A stretch of 64,000 nt of DNA from contig CM075993.1 in the NCBI GenBank assembly GCA_038087875.1, positions 9,860,001-9,924,000 on the forward strand, written 5' to 3'. The stretch comes from Malacoraja senta (taxonomy: Eukaryota). The notes beneath the pieces are model-generated. The model did not search any database, was not told the DNA's origin, and was given only the letters and a program-made list of their open reading frames with translations. This document shows, piece after piece, positions 13,861-44,545 of this stretch. Position 1 is the stretch's first letter. The number at the start of each line of letters is the position of its first letter. The position numbers were made by a program, and so were the translations under genes.

Positions 13861-16800
13861 ATGGAAGCCACACCTCAGTAAAAGGCACATGACAGCCCAC
13901 TTGGAGTTTGCCAAAAGGCATGAGAAACAAGATTTTCTGGTCTGATGAAACCAAGATTGAACTTTTTGGCCTGAGTGCCAAGCATCATGTCTGGAGGAAA
14001 CCAGGCACCGCTCATCACCTGGCCAATACCATACCTACAGTGAAGCATGGTGGTGGAAGGATCATGCTGTGAGGATGTTTTTCAGCGGCAGGAACTGGGA
14101 GACTAGTCAGGATCGAGGGAAAGATGAACGGAGCAAAGTACAAAGAGATCCTTGATGAAAACCTGCTCCAGAGCGTTCCGAACCTCAGACTGGGCAGAGG
14201 TTCACCTTCCAACAGGGCAACAACCCTAAGCACACAGCCAAGACAATGCAGGAGTAGCTTTGTGACATGTCTGTGAATGTCCTTGAGTGGCCCAGCCAGA
14301 GCCCGGACTTGAACCCGATCGAACATCTCTGGAGGGACCTGGAAATAGCTGTGCATCGACGCTCCCCATCCGACCTGACAGAGTGTGAGAGGATCTGCAG
14401 AGAAGAATGGGAGAAATGACCCAAATACAGGTGTGCCAAGCTTGTAGCGTCATACGCAAGAAGACTTGAGGCTGTAATCACTGCCAAAGGTGCCTCAACA
14501 AAGTACTGAGTAAAGGGTCTGAATACTTATGTAAATGTGATATTTCAGTTATTTCTTTTTAATTACTTTGCAAACATTTCTAAACACTTGTTTTTGCTTT
14601 TTTATTATGGGGTATTGTGTGTAGTTTGTTGATAAAAACAAATAATTTAATCCATTTTAGAATAAGGCTGTAACGTAACAAAATGTGGAGAAAGTGAAGG
14701 GGTCTGAATACTTTCTGAATGCACTGTAACTGGCTACATTCCCCAACATAATGGCCAGTCACATGGTTCCCTTGTTGGATTATCTACATAAGGTGTTAAA
14801 AATGTCTCCTGAATCTACCTCAAAAATCCCACCTCCTCTGAGCCTTTAACACTAAAGCAATCTCAATTAATGTGTGGGAAATTGAAATTGTGTAGTATAA
14901 TAACCTACTTTTATTTCATCTCTCTGATTTCTGCCTCCGTATATGACATTGCATCTCCTGTTGACTGTTCAGTGGTCTGCAATACACCTCCTAACAAGGT
15001 GACAGTATCATTTTTATTCCCAATCTCTGCCCAGTTGGCCTTAGTTCAGGTGTTTTCTCAGATATCCTCCCTCAAGACTGAGGTAATGCGATCCTTGGTT
15101 AACAGTGCAACATTTCTGCCCCTTTTTACTGCCTCCTCTATCTCCCCTGAACATTTTACCCCCTGGGATATTGGCATGCCAGTCCTGCCCATTCATCAAC
15201 CATGTCTCAGTCATGGTCACAATGTTGTAGACCCCTGTGTCAATGAAAGCTTCAGTTCATCTACTTAACTAGTGATGCTTTAGTTTAGTTTAGGTTTAGT
15301 TCAGTGTACTTTAGCGTAGTTTAGAGATACAGTACGGAAACAGACCCTTCGGTCCACCAAGTCCGCGTCGACCAGCGATCCCCGCACACTTAAACTATCC
15401 GACACACACTAGGGACAATTTATATTTTTACCAAAGCCAATTAACCAACAAACCTGCACGTCTTTGGAGCATGGGAGGAAACCGGAGCACCCAGAGAAAA
15501 CCCACGCAGGTCACAGGGAGAATGTGCAAACTTCATACAGACAAGCACCCGTAGTCAGGATTGAATCTGAATCTCTGGTGCTGTAAGGCAGCAACTCTAC
15601 CACTGTGCCACTGTACTGCTTGATGCTCCTTGCATTAAAGTAGATGCAATTTAGCTTTGAATTGCCTTCACCCACTTGAGTGGTGATTGGGAATACATCA
15701 AACAATTTTACTGTAATTTCCCACTGTAACTTTAACGTCATGAGAGGCAGCACAGTAGCGCAGCTGGCAGAGCTGCTGCCTCACAGCGCCAGAGACCTGG
15801 GTTTGATCCTGACCTTGGGTGCTGTCTGTGTGGAGTTTGCACGTTCAACCATGTGGCCTCATAGGTTTCCTCCGGCGCTCCAGTTTCCTTCCACATCCCT
15901 GTAAATTGCCCCAAGTGTATAGGGAGTGAATGGGAAAGTGGGACAACATAGAACTAGTGTGAATGGGTGATCGATGATCGGCGTGGACCCGGTGGGCTGA
16001 ATGGCCTGTTTCCATGCTGTATCAATATTTCAGCGGTAGAATTGTACCAGGGGCCCATGTGTCTGATGTACTCAAAGCATTATGTATCAATAAGGGAATA
16101 GTTCTGTCACACTAGGGCAATCAGGAGCCATCTATTATAGGAGAATAGTTACTGTATATGATGATAAATTAATAGTCCATTATGTAGGATAAGAAGACAA
16201 ATGTGACATCTTCAGTGAGTCGCCCTGGCTGGGGGAATGGTAGGAGAGGGGATTTGATCTTGAGATGCCACATCTGTTCAGGGCAAGTGGACCATGGTTA
16301 ATGAACGTTATTGATGGTGCTTTAACGCAGTGGGTTACAGAGCAGCAAAGACCAGCAGTGGTTAGTAGTGGCTTCCCCTGGCCAGGATCAGTCGGCCACC
16401 CTGCTTTGTACAGTCACAGTGTGACCCCCATTCTCCTCTGACCCCTGCTGTCCTCCTGCCTGCTGGGACCCCGTCACCGGGAGCCTCTGATCCCCCTGCC
16501 CCCACCGCTGGCTGGGCCGCCTTCCCTGAAGAGCTAGTGGAGACTGACGAAGGGACTCGACCTGACACGCCACCCAGAGATGCTACAGGTCCCGCTGAGT
16601 TACGCCAGCATTTTGTGTCTATCTTCAGTTTCAACCAGCATCTGTAGTTCCTTCCTGTCACATTTTCGAGACTCCAGCCCTGCCTTTTGTGTCTTTTCCC
16701 ACAAGACAGCAGATGTCAGGGCAGAGAGGGCTGGCGAGCAGAGGCACCCCCCCCCCCCCCCCCCCAACAACGCTCCCTCCGTGCCCCATTCCCGTGAAGA

Positions 16801-18249
16801 GCGACCGGAGGACGAGCCGATTGTTCTGGGTGACCATCCATCAACGGTGCCTGTCACGCACCTGCCACCAGCACAAAGGCCTAGCCTCCACGCTGACATG
16901 TCAACCAACAATAAAGGCCAGCCAGCCAGCCTTCAGTCCCATAGACACCACCCCCCCCCCTCCCCAATCACCTCCCCCCAAGGCAATTCCCCCAAGCATT
17001 GAGCCCACCGTCCCTCATTCACTGCCCCAACAAGACAGCGCGGGCCCCTGACCAAGGTGACCCTCATCACTCAACCAGCGGGGACATGCATCTCCATCTG
17101 ACTGTGATTAGCGGTCCGGAAAATAAATGCAGCCCCAGGGCCAGAACAGGACAGGCAGCTTGTTTATATATAGGAGCAGGCAATGTCACATTGCAATGTG
17201 CTCTCACCACAGACTGCAAGCAGGAAAGGCTCATCTATAAACATGTCACTTCCAAGTGCCGGCGTGACTGCTGTGGGTCATTTGTATCTCCTTTTTAAAA
17301 TATTGTACGTGTTGTATTGGTTCTTCATCAAGTTCTTTCTAATTAAGCAAACACACATAGATTTCCCTTTATTTCGTTTCCCTCACCCCTGACTCTCAGT
17401 CTTAAGAAGGGTCTCGACCCGAAACTATTTCTTTTCCCCAGAGATGCTGCCTGACCTGCTGAGTTACTCCAGCTTTTTGTGCCTATCTTCGGTTTAAACC
17501 AGCGTCTGCAGTTCCTTCCCACACATCAATTAACAAGAGAGATATAAAATGCTGGATTAACTCAGCGGGTCAGGCAGCATCTCTGGAAAAAAAGGAATAG
17601 GTGATATTTTGGGTTGAGACCCTTCTTCAGACTCTGGCTTACAAATTAACAAGGCAGCACCACAGTGCAGGGTGGCTGATGGCCTAGTGGGATAGTTGCA
17701 GCCTCACAGCACCAGAGACGTCACCTTGATCTTGACCTCTGGTGCTGTCCGTGTGGAGTTTGCACATTCTCCCTGTGACTGTGTGGGTTTCCTCTTACAC
17801 TCCAAAGACAGGCGGGTTGGTAGGTTGATTGGCCCTCTATAAATTGCCCTTAGTGTGTGGGAAATGGAATAACGTAGAACAAATGAAAATGGGTGATGGA
17901 TGGCTGGTGTGGACTCGTTGGGTCAAAGGGCCTCTTTTCCATGCTGTCTCTAAACTAAACTGAACTAAAACTGTCATTCTAGATAAGTAAACTCTCTGCA
18001 ATTAACTAAACATATTCCATTGACCATGCGGGGTCGTTAACTAAACCCAGTCTTCCTCCCCTCCAGGTCATCCACTATTTGGAGTTGCGAACCCATCACT
18101 CTCCTCTATCCTCTCTGTGTCTCCGTATCCCCCCCCCCAGTAGCACATTGGGGTCCCTGTATGAGTATCTGAAGGTTTTGGCTGCCCTTCAACAACCACG
18201 CTTCTTATATTAGGTCACCCAGTATGAAAGGGGGGGATGGGGTGGAGGG

Positions 18250-18480
18250 GTGCGGGTGGGTAGAGGTGGTTTGCTCCTGGGCCTGGCCATTGTGTCCAGG
18301 CAGCGGGCAGTCGAGGGTTCGACCCTAGTCGACTGCCTGCTTCCCTTCCGGGCCTACGTCCCTGGAGAGGGAGCACGCAGTGACCACGTGGTCGCTGGAG
18401 GCCTGAGTACTGGTCACAGTGGGGGGGGGGGGTCGAGTGTGTTGTGAATAAAGATGACAACATCGTAATTTGATGACTGT
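18250..18480 (+). mobile_element. Tx1/L1-clade LINE ORF2 C-terminal fragment
   Basis: LLLGLA...SRQRAVEG..DCL..FRAYV...LEREHA motif run, ending in a stop. Confidence 0.6.
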
Positions 18481-21390
18481 ATCACAATTGTTGGCGCAAA
18501 ATACAGCCAATGCCTTTAATGGTTGATAAAAGGAACAACTGGTGCCAACTTACAAAAAAAGGCACAAGTGCTGGAGTAACTCAGTGGGTCCGGTAACATC
18601 TCTGTAGAACGTGGATAGGTGACGTTTTGGGTCAGAACCCTTCTTCAGACTGCCCGACCCGCTGAGTCTTTTGTGTGCTTTGTGTTTTTTCTCTGTCGAG
18701 GCACCCTCTCTCATGCCTGCTGGTCTCCCTGGATACCGGGGCCAGAGACCACAGTGGGCTTCATGCCCAAACAATAGCCCAGACAGCGATATAATTTGCA
18801 ACGTACCCCTGTGACACCTCATGCCAAACCACATCACACTAAAAACATTTGCAGCTCCCCCTTCAAACATTCAGATAGACCCAGCCAGAGCAGGTCAATC
18901 TCCCCAAAGTCCCTCAATTAGCCACTTGCATCCTGCAACGGCCTATAACATAAGGTCATAAGTGATTGGAGCAGAATTTGGCCATTCAGCCCATCAAATC
19001 TACTCCACCATTCTATCATGGCAGATCTATCCGTCCCTCCTAACCCCACTCTCCTGCCTTCTCCCCCTGACACCCATAGACTAATCAAGAATCTATCTAT
19101 CTCTGCCTTAAAAATACCCATTGGCTTGGCCTCCGCAGCCTTCTGCAGCAATGAATTCCACAGATTCACCATAGATAACCACACATTATTCTCACTGAGC
19201 GGGACAGTCCATCAAAAGCGAAGCTCCCATTCAAATCCTCTCAGGCTCCACTAATCAGAACTGCCTTTTAGCTCCATTAGCTCCCAAACATGGTGAAGGA
19301 AGCAGTGACCAAGACACCGTGGACAATAATTCGATTATTCCCCCTGGGACCGATGCCCCTCCTCGCTCTAAGCCAGGCTCCTGCAACTCAGCAGCTCACA
19401 AAGATTTGCAGCAAGTCGGCATTGTGATTGTCTCCACTTTCCACGGATGCGCGGGCCCATTTAGAGAGAGAGAAACAGGGGCTTGCAGTAATTACACCGA
19501 CTCCCACCAGCCTGGACTGGAGGCCGCATCAAGTGTGAGGGAACAAGTGCCCTGAAACAAAGGGCTGTGTGTGGGGTCAGGAACTACGTCAGGGACAAAT
19601 CGTCCACCGACCCGAGTCGCCGATCAGTGCCCTTCTCAGAGAGAGGAACCACCGTCTTCTCCCTCTGTCTGAAGAAGGGTCTCGACCCTAAACATCACCC
19701 ATTCCTTCCATCCACAGATGCTGCCTGTCCCGCTGAGTTACTCCAGCATTTTATATCTATCCTCGGTGTAAACCAGCATCTGCAGTTCCTTCCTACGTAC
19801 TATGTTCTATATACCTATGTACATTGACTCTTAGATCCCTCTGCTCTACAACACTCCCCAGAGCCCTACCATTCACTGTGAAGATCTTGCCCCGGTTTGA
19901 CTTGCCAAAATGCAACACCTCGCACTTATCTGTATTATTTTTGTGTTAAATCTTATTGTGTATTGTGTGTTCTTTTTTAATTGCACCGGTGCTGGCAAAT
20001 TCAATTCACTGCACTTATATGTGTATGTGACGAATAAAATTGACTATTGACTAAACTCCATTAACCATTCCTCAGGCCACCTGCCCAGCTGATCAAGATC
20101 CTGCTGTAAATTTTGAAAACCATTTTCGCTCTCTACGATACCACCCGCTTTCGTGATCTCTGTATACTTGCTAATCATGCCTTGTACATTCTCATCCGAA
20201 ACATTGATGTAAACCATAAACAGCAATGGACCCAGCACTGCTCCCTGCAGCACACCACTGGCCACAGGCCCCCAGTCTGAAAAACAACCTTCCATCATTA
20301 CCCTCTGTTTCCTACCATGAAGCTAATTCTCTGTCGAGTTCTCCCTGGATACGATATGATACAAGACGATAGAACTTTATTTATCCCTGCAGGAAAATTG
20401 GTCAAATTGGTCAATTGGATCCCATGTGATCTAACCTTCCAGAGCAGAACTTTATTTTACTCCACTTAACAGTGGGCTCCCTTTCTCCCCTAATGTTTGT
20501 TGATTGAGGATGATCAAAAATTAATGTTTATTTCCTTACCACAAAAGGAGCCATCAAGTTCATATCGCTCTACACAGACTTCTAGTTTCAGGTTTATTTT
20601 TCATATGAAGAAGGCCATTCAGACTGTTAAAGCTGTGCTAGCTCCCAGAGCTCTCCCATCAGTCTTGTTATTGTCATAGAGAGTCATAGAGGGATACAGT
20701 GTGGAAACAGGCCCATCGGCCAAACTTGCGTTTGGTCCATATCCCTCCAAACCTGTCCTATCCATGTACCTGTCTAACTGTTTCTTAAACGTTGGGATAG
20801 TCCCAGCCTCAATTACCACCTCTGGCAGCTTGTTCCTACACCCACCACCCTTTGTGTGAAAAAGTTACCCCTCAGATTCTTATTAAACTTTTTTCCCTTG
20901 TTGCCCTTTGGCCTATTTTCTCTTCTACGACCATCAACTCTCTGCCCAATTCTTGGTCACCCTTGGCTGGAGGACACTTACAGGATTCAATTAAATGACC
21001 AGTTACATGTCTGGTTGTCCATGTTGACTGTATCTGGAATAATAACCATAAGACATAGGAGCAGAATTAGGCCATTCAGCCCTTCGAGTCTACTCCGTCA
21101 TTCAATCATGGCCAATTTATTTTTCCCTCTTAACCCCATTCTTCTACCTTCTCACCGTAACCTTTGACGCCCTTACTAATCAAGAACCTCTCAATGTACT
21201 TTTTAAAATATCCAGTGACGACCTCCACAGCCACCCGTGGCAATGAATTTCACAGATTCACCACCTTCTGGCTGAAGAAATTCTTCCTCATCTCCATTCT
21301 TTGTAAATTCCATTCAAAAGGTGCGTCCTTTTGTACTGAGGTTTTGCCCTCTGGTCCTAGACTATCCCACTACTAGAAACATCCTCTCCA

Positions 21391-21790
21391 CATGGATGCC
21401 CTCCACCGCTCCCTGCCATGGATGCCCTCCACCGAAAACGGTGTCTGAAACGGGCTGGGAAGATCATTAAAGACCCCTCCCACCCCAACCATGGACTGTT
21501 TGCCCTCCTCCCATCAGGGAGGCGGTACAGGAGCCTCAGGTCTCGTACCAGTAGGATGAGGAACAGCTTCTACAATCATACCGTCGCATTGCTGAACTCG
21601 GAGTCCCGCCGATAGATTCCTCCGGTCCCTCCGTCCCCATTGTTTATTATTCTGTATTTTTTTTATTATTCTGTATCCTCTTTTTAAAAAAAAATTCTAT
21701 ATTGCTATACTACGGACTGACGCAAAACTGCATTTCGTTGTACCCATAATCAGTATTTGTGCAATGACATTAAAGTTGAATTGAATTGAC
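21391..21790 (+). mobile_element. Rex1/Babar-type LINE 3' fragment
   Basis: RCLKRAGKIIKDPSHPNHGLFALLPSGRRYRSLRSRTSRMRNSF; (TTGAA)n tail; nested in a CR1 fragment. Confidence 0.8.
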
Positions 21791-23150
21791 ATCCACTCAA
21801 TCTAGACCTTTCATTATTCGGTAGATTTCAATGAGATCCCCCCCTAATCCATCGAAAGTCCAGAAAGTACAGGCCCAGAGCCATCAAACCCTCATTGTTA
21901 ACCCAATCATCTATATCTCATGTTTCCCTTTCCCCTGACTCTCAGCCTGGTCTTGACCCGAAACGTCACCTATTCCTTTTGTCCAAAGAAGCTGCCTGAT
22001 CCACTGAGTTATTCCAGCTTTTTGTGTCTCTCTTCCAGCATCTGCAGTTCCTTCCTACACATTTTTATTAACCTCCTCTGGACCCATTTCAATGCCACCA
22101 CATCCCTCCTCAGATATGGGGTTCAAAACTGCTCACAATATTCCAAATGTGGCCTGACCAGCGTCTTATAAAACCTCAGCATTACATCCTTGCTTTAATA
22201 TTCTAGTCCACTCGAATGAACATTTATATTACATTTGCCTTCCTCACCGCCGACCCAACCTGCAAATTAATCTTTTGGGAATCTTGCGCCAACACTTCAG
22301 ATCATTAACATATAACGCGAATAGTAGCGGATCCAACACCAACCCCACACAAAGGGCTGTGGGTGCATGGGTGGCCAGAGGAGTTGAGATAGTTGAAGCT
22401 GGGACTATCCCAACGTTTAAGAAACAGACAGCTACATGGGTAGGACAGGTTTGGAGGGATATGGACCAAAGGCAGGCGGGTGGGACTGGTGTAGATGGGA
22501 CATGTTGGCCGGTGTGGACAAGGTGGGCCGAAGGGCCTGTTTCCACGCTGTATCACCACTAGTCACCAGCAGCCAACCTGAAAAGGCCCCGTATATTCTT
22601 ATTTTTTGCCTTCTGCCAATTAATTAATCTTCTATCCATGCTGGTACCTTGCCTCTAATATCATGGACTCTCATCTTGTTTAGCAGCATTACATGTGGCA
22701 ACTTAAAGGCCTTCTGAAAAGCCAAGTAAACAACATCCTTTGATTAGCCTGCTTGTTACCTCCTCAAAGAATTCCAACAGATTGGTCAGGCAAGATTTCC
22801 ACTTATCAAGACCCACTGCTAACAGACTCCTGAACGGTCCTCTCATAAACAAAGGTTGTAATCCGGATCTCCCAACCTACCCCAATGTGCAGCTTGCACT
22901 TTTTTTTTTAAACATCTGCACTTTCTCTGTAGCTGTAATGCTCTAACACAATATTTTGCCCTCTGTTTTTTTGTCTCTTTCTACCTGTCATACTTGAGTA
23001 TGGCTTGATTAAACTTGTGTATAGCATGCTTTGACTGGATAGCATACAAAGATTTTCATTGTATCTCAGTACACGTGATGATAATAAACCAATACCAAAC
23101 TGAGGCTCTCTCAATACCAAAAAATGGCTCAATGAAACGAGGATCGCCAA

Positions 23151-23464
23151 GGGCGGCACAGTGGCGCAGCGGTAGAGCTGCTGCCTCACCGTGCCAGAGA
23201 CCCGGGTTCGATCCTGACCAGGGGTGCTATCTGTGTGGAGTTTGCACTTTCTCCCTGTGACCGTGTGGGTTTCCTCTGGGTGCTCCAGTATTCACCCACA
23301 TCCCTGCAGGTTTGTGGGTTAATTGGCTTCTGTGAATTGGTGGTGGGAGTGGATGTGAAAGTGGGATAACATAGAACTGGTGTGAACAGGTGATCGATGG
23401 TTGGCGTGGACCCGATGGGCCAAAGGGCCTGTCTCTCTAAACCGTATCTGTAAACTAAACTAAA
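23151..23464 (+). mobile_element. tRNA-derived V-SINE (HE1-like); representative of about 20 copies (e.g. 590-1005, 4650-4842, 15280-15612, 15745-16022, 17660-17970, 24190-24490, 30075-30362, 36602-36870, 43490-43785, 46090-46342, 48210-48507, 53000-53250, 54260-54535, 55015-55325, 55990-56245, 58044-58364)
   Basis: A box TGGCGCAGCGG, B box GGTTCGATCC, V-domain GTGTGGAGTTTGCA...GGGTTTCC..GGGTGCTCC, CR1-like 3' end GGGCC.AAGGGCCTG and (TAAAC)n tail. Confidence 0.88.
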
Positions 23465-23656
23465 ACACAACAATAGTCAATGAAATAATGATTTCCCAAC
23501 CCCAGGAGATCCTGTGACGGGGAGATCTTTTGACGTTAACAGAGTTGATCTTCTCTGCCCAGACAAGTGGTCTGCATGTACCATGAGACGACAAACTAGT
23601 CTTTCTTTTAAGAAAAGAGACAGCAAATACATTCGAAGATTCATTTTCTTCTTGAT

Positions 23657-23662
23657 TTTATT
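23657..23662 (-). terminator. Polyadenylation signal AATAAA of the CRABP 3' UTR
   Basis: TTTATT on + strand, about 385 nt past the stop codon, in non-repeat sequence. Confidence 0.65.
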
Positions 23663-24045
23663 ATCAGATTCACTCTGTTTCCACACAATTTCAGTCATCT
23701 TTTGGAAATGAGTAATCCAATATCTCTTCAAGAAGCTACAGAGACACAGGCAACAGCTTGAGCATGTGATACATTCGCTGGCATGGGCAGGTGCTTGGCA
23801 GATCTAAGTCAGAAATACTAAAGTCTAAAAGACCAAGTGAGAAGCCGTACACTAAATAATCTATCTGATTCACACATTCACTATTACAGACATGAAAGAG
23901 ATTTCACAACTTTAAAATCAAACACAGTTACACTAAATAAAAACTTGGAATGTCACAGTTTGGCATCAATAACTTGATACACCATGCACAAGGAGGTGCT
24001 TCTGCAGCGAGTGGGCTTTCCCCGCGTGAATGGATGAGGGTGTTG

Positions 24046-41603
<17,558 letters not shown>

Positions 41604-41808
41604 TTTGTGTGAGCGTTGGGGCTGAGGCTGGGCGCTGTGCTGCGTTTATTTGGACGGCGAGGCAGATGCCACACGCTGGCTGCTCGGAGACCACAGCCGG
41701 GATTCCCAGCTGCTCCCTCTCAAACTCTGCTGCTCATTACACGCGGGCTCTCAGCTCTCAATCACACGCCTCCGTCCCAGGGTCCAAACCCCCTCCACGG
41801 CCGCCTGG

Positions 41809-41816
41809 TATTTAAA
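41809..41816 (-). promoter_or_regulatory. TATA-like box (TTTAAATA) of the CRABP promoter
   Basis: AT-rich octamer embedded in CpG/GC-rich DNA about 205 nt upstream of the ATG. Confidence 0.6.
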
Positions 41817-42124
41817 GCGCCGCGTATTTCTCCGTCTCTTTATGTCTGGCCGGTGGGTGGGACCTGTGTCTCCGTCTCCGCTGTCAGACCAAGCTGAAGA
41901 AACTCAGCCGGGATTGGTCGTGGGGAGATAACTAAAGCAGTCTGAAGATGGGTCTCGGCCCGAAACGTCACCCATTCCTTCTCTCCACAGATGCTGCCTG
42001 TCCCGCTGAGTTACTCCAGCATTTTGCCAGCATTTGGTGTCTATTTGGGGTGGGGGTATCTTTCCACAATAGCACAGGCTGCTGAGGTGGTGAACTGATT
42101 GCTTCATCCCTTTAGAGTCATGAG

Positions 42125-42428
42125 AAGTCCAGAACCAGGGGCCCCAGTTTAAGAATAAGGAGTAAGCCATTTAGAACGGAGACGAGGAAACACCTTTTCT
42201 CACAGAGAGTGGTGAGTCTGTGGAATTCTCTGCCTCAGGTGGAGGCAGGTTCTCTGGATGCTTTCAAGAGAGAGCTAGATAGGGCTCTTAAAAATAGCAG
42301 AGTCAGGGGAGAAGGCAGGAACGGGGTACTGATTGAGGATGATCAGCCATGATCACATTGAATGGCGGTGCTGGCTCGAAGGGCCAAATGGCCTACTCCT
42401 GCACCTATTGTCTATTGTCTATTGTCTA
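42125..42428 (+). mobile_element. CR1 3' fragment about 0.3 kb upstream of the TATA-like box
   Basis: CR1 C-terminus, UTR and (CTATTGT)3 tail. Confidence 0.88.
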
Positions 42429-43289
42429 AGACAAAGACGTTGACCCAGGTTTATAACGCCTCCTGTCTTGTGTGGGTCTCAGCCCATTGTTAGTAAGCTC
42501 CCTAGCCTGAGGTGGGGAAAGCTACAAATCCCCTGCTCACCACTCCGGGATTCTCCTCTGTTGAAGTCAGATCTCCTCTGATCCTGCCCCATGCAAACCT
42601 CGGGTCTTTCCAAGCTTGGCCTTCGCTTGTGTTCCTCGGCTTGGGTTTACTGTACGTTGCTATAACTGGGGTTCAGCGCTGGGTTATTCTGCGCATCCGT
42701 CACTTCAGTTTGAATCTACTCTCACTCACTCATTGGGGACGAGCTTGGCGTTTCATGCCCGCTTTCGCACCCACCCCCTTACACTTTCGGGGTAATTTTA
42801 CAGAGGGCCAATTAACCTCCAAACTCACACGTCTTTGGGATGTGGGAGGAACCCGGAACACTTGGAGGAAACCCACGCAGTCACAGGGAGAACGTGCAAA
42901 CTCCACATAGACAGCACCCGCACCCGAGGTCAGGATCGAACCCGGGTCTCTGGCGTTTTACCAGCTGCGCCTCTACCAATACTGGTTTCAGCTCCAGCAG
43001 CCTTGGTTCAATCCTGATGTTTATGAAGGAACTGCAGATGCTGGTTTAAACGGAAGCTAGATGCAGATGGGTCTGAAGAAGGGTCTCGACCCGGAAAGTC
43101 AGTCATTCTTTCTCTCCAGGGACGCTGCCTGACCCGCTGAGTTACTCCAGCATCTTGTGTCTATCTTGGGCTCAATCCTGACTTCCAGTGTGGAGTTTGC
43201 ACCTTCTTATGCTCTTAAGCATGGCTTTGTTCCGGCTGCTGTGGCTTCCTGCCACATCCCAAAGACACGCTGATGGGATGAGACAATAC

Positions 43290-44019
43290 AAATACAAATA
43301 CAAGGCCTCTGCGAGTGGACAATGACCGCTCCACTGTGACTCCGTTTCACACACCAGCCCAATTGTTAGCGGCACATATTCGGGGATAAATTCCTTCCCT
43401 AGTATTTTTAAAGAAGAACAGCGACAATAGTTGGTTGTAAGATAAAATGGGCAGAATGGCCTTATCTTAAGTCATATGTAGTCGTATCGGTTCGTTTAGA
43501 AATACAGCATGGAATCAGGCCCTTCGGCTCACCGAGTCCACACGGACCATCAATCTCCCGTTCACACTAGTTCTATGTTATTCCACTTTCCCCAGTCCAC
43601 ACTCGCCAGTGACAATTATACCAAACCCGCACGTCTTGGGGATATGGAAGGTAACCGGAGCACCCGGAGGAAACCCACGCGGTCACAGGGAGAACGTGCG
43701 AACTCCACACGGACAGCACCCGAGGTCGGGATCGAACCTGGGTCTCTGGCGCCGAGAGGCAGCGGCTCTACCAGCTTCGCCACTGTGAGGACTGGAGATA
43801 CATGTTGGACAGAGCAAGTAAGAACGGCAGATGTCCTTCGGGTGAAGAGACTACAAATATAAATACAAATACAAGGCCTCTGTGAGCGGACAATGACAGC
43901 TCCACAGTGACTCCGTTTCACACACCAGCCCAATTGTTAGCGGCACATATTCGGGGAGAAATTCCTTCCCTAGTATTTTTAAAGCAGAACAGCGACAATA
44001 GTTGGTTGCAAGATAAAAT
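43290..44019. repeat. 159-bp direct duplication (43290-43448 and 43861-44019) separated by a V-SINE
   Basis: 7 mismatches and no indels by manual alignment. Confidence 0.92.
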
Positions 44020-44545
44020 CACAGCTTGTAAAGAATGTGCTGGATGCCAAGTTAGAGCGATTGATTATTGATCGGGATGTGTGACTGGCCTGTCGCCTCC
44101 GGCAGCACCAGGGGCAATGATCAAACTCATCAATCTAACTGCACTGCTGTAAATTATTTCGCAACAAAAGAGAGTCAGAGGTGTACAGATGAGGCTCGGG
44201 GAGCTGGCCTCCCCTTGACAAATTTACTTAAGCTGCAAATAATAAGGCCAGAGGAGATGCTTTGCGTTTATTGATTGAAGAGCAGGCTGGCACCTCGTCG
44301 ATTCCCCAGCCCCGCCTCGGCGAAGGCAATACATCACCTCTTCACACTGCTCGGGAGTAGAGGACAGTCGCTGCCGGGAATTACTGTGGGGTTTTGTACT
44401 CAAATAACACTGGGAAATCAAGTATAAGCAGATCAATGTGGGCAGCAACTGTCTAGTTTAGAGATACAGCGCGGAGTGAAGGGGGGGGGGGGCCTCATCG
44501 AAACCTACAGAATAGTGAAAGGCTTGGATAGAGTGGATACATCCA

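Larger units (their letters stand above)
9507..14726 (+). mobile_element. Tc1/mariner DNA transposon (IR/DR type, about 1.6 kb net), disrupted by two CR1 insertions
   Basis: TA|CAGTGCATTCAGAAAGTATTCAGACCCC...GGGGTCTGAATACTTTCTGAATGCACTG|TA; inner direct repeats near 12548 and 14512; transposase from ATG 12750 (MKMKELSVDLRDRIVSRHRSGEGYKTIS), with [20 protein letters not shown] (catalytic D lost), [11 protein letters not shown] and KY* near 14509. Confidence 0.93.
8960..15680 (-). mobile_element. Old degraded CR1 (endonuclease region) that hosts the Tc1
   Basis: Residual peptides LNCIYFNARSIK (about 15620-15660) and TMTETWL..GQDW..NIPG (about 15160-15225); weaker remnants at 8960-9500. Confidence 0.55.

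Noticed and set aside
13198..13914. Chimeric 238-aa ORF
   Set aside because: Antisense Tc1 sequence fused by chance to the CR1 C-terminus at the insertion junction.
23151..23225. tRNA genes at A/B-box sequences
   Set aside because: They continue into V-domain and LINE tail, so they are SINE heads.
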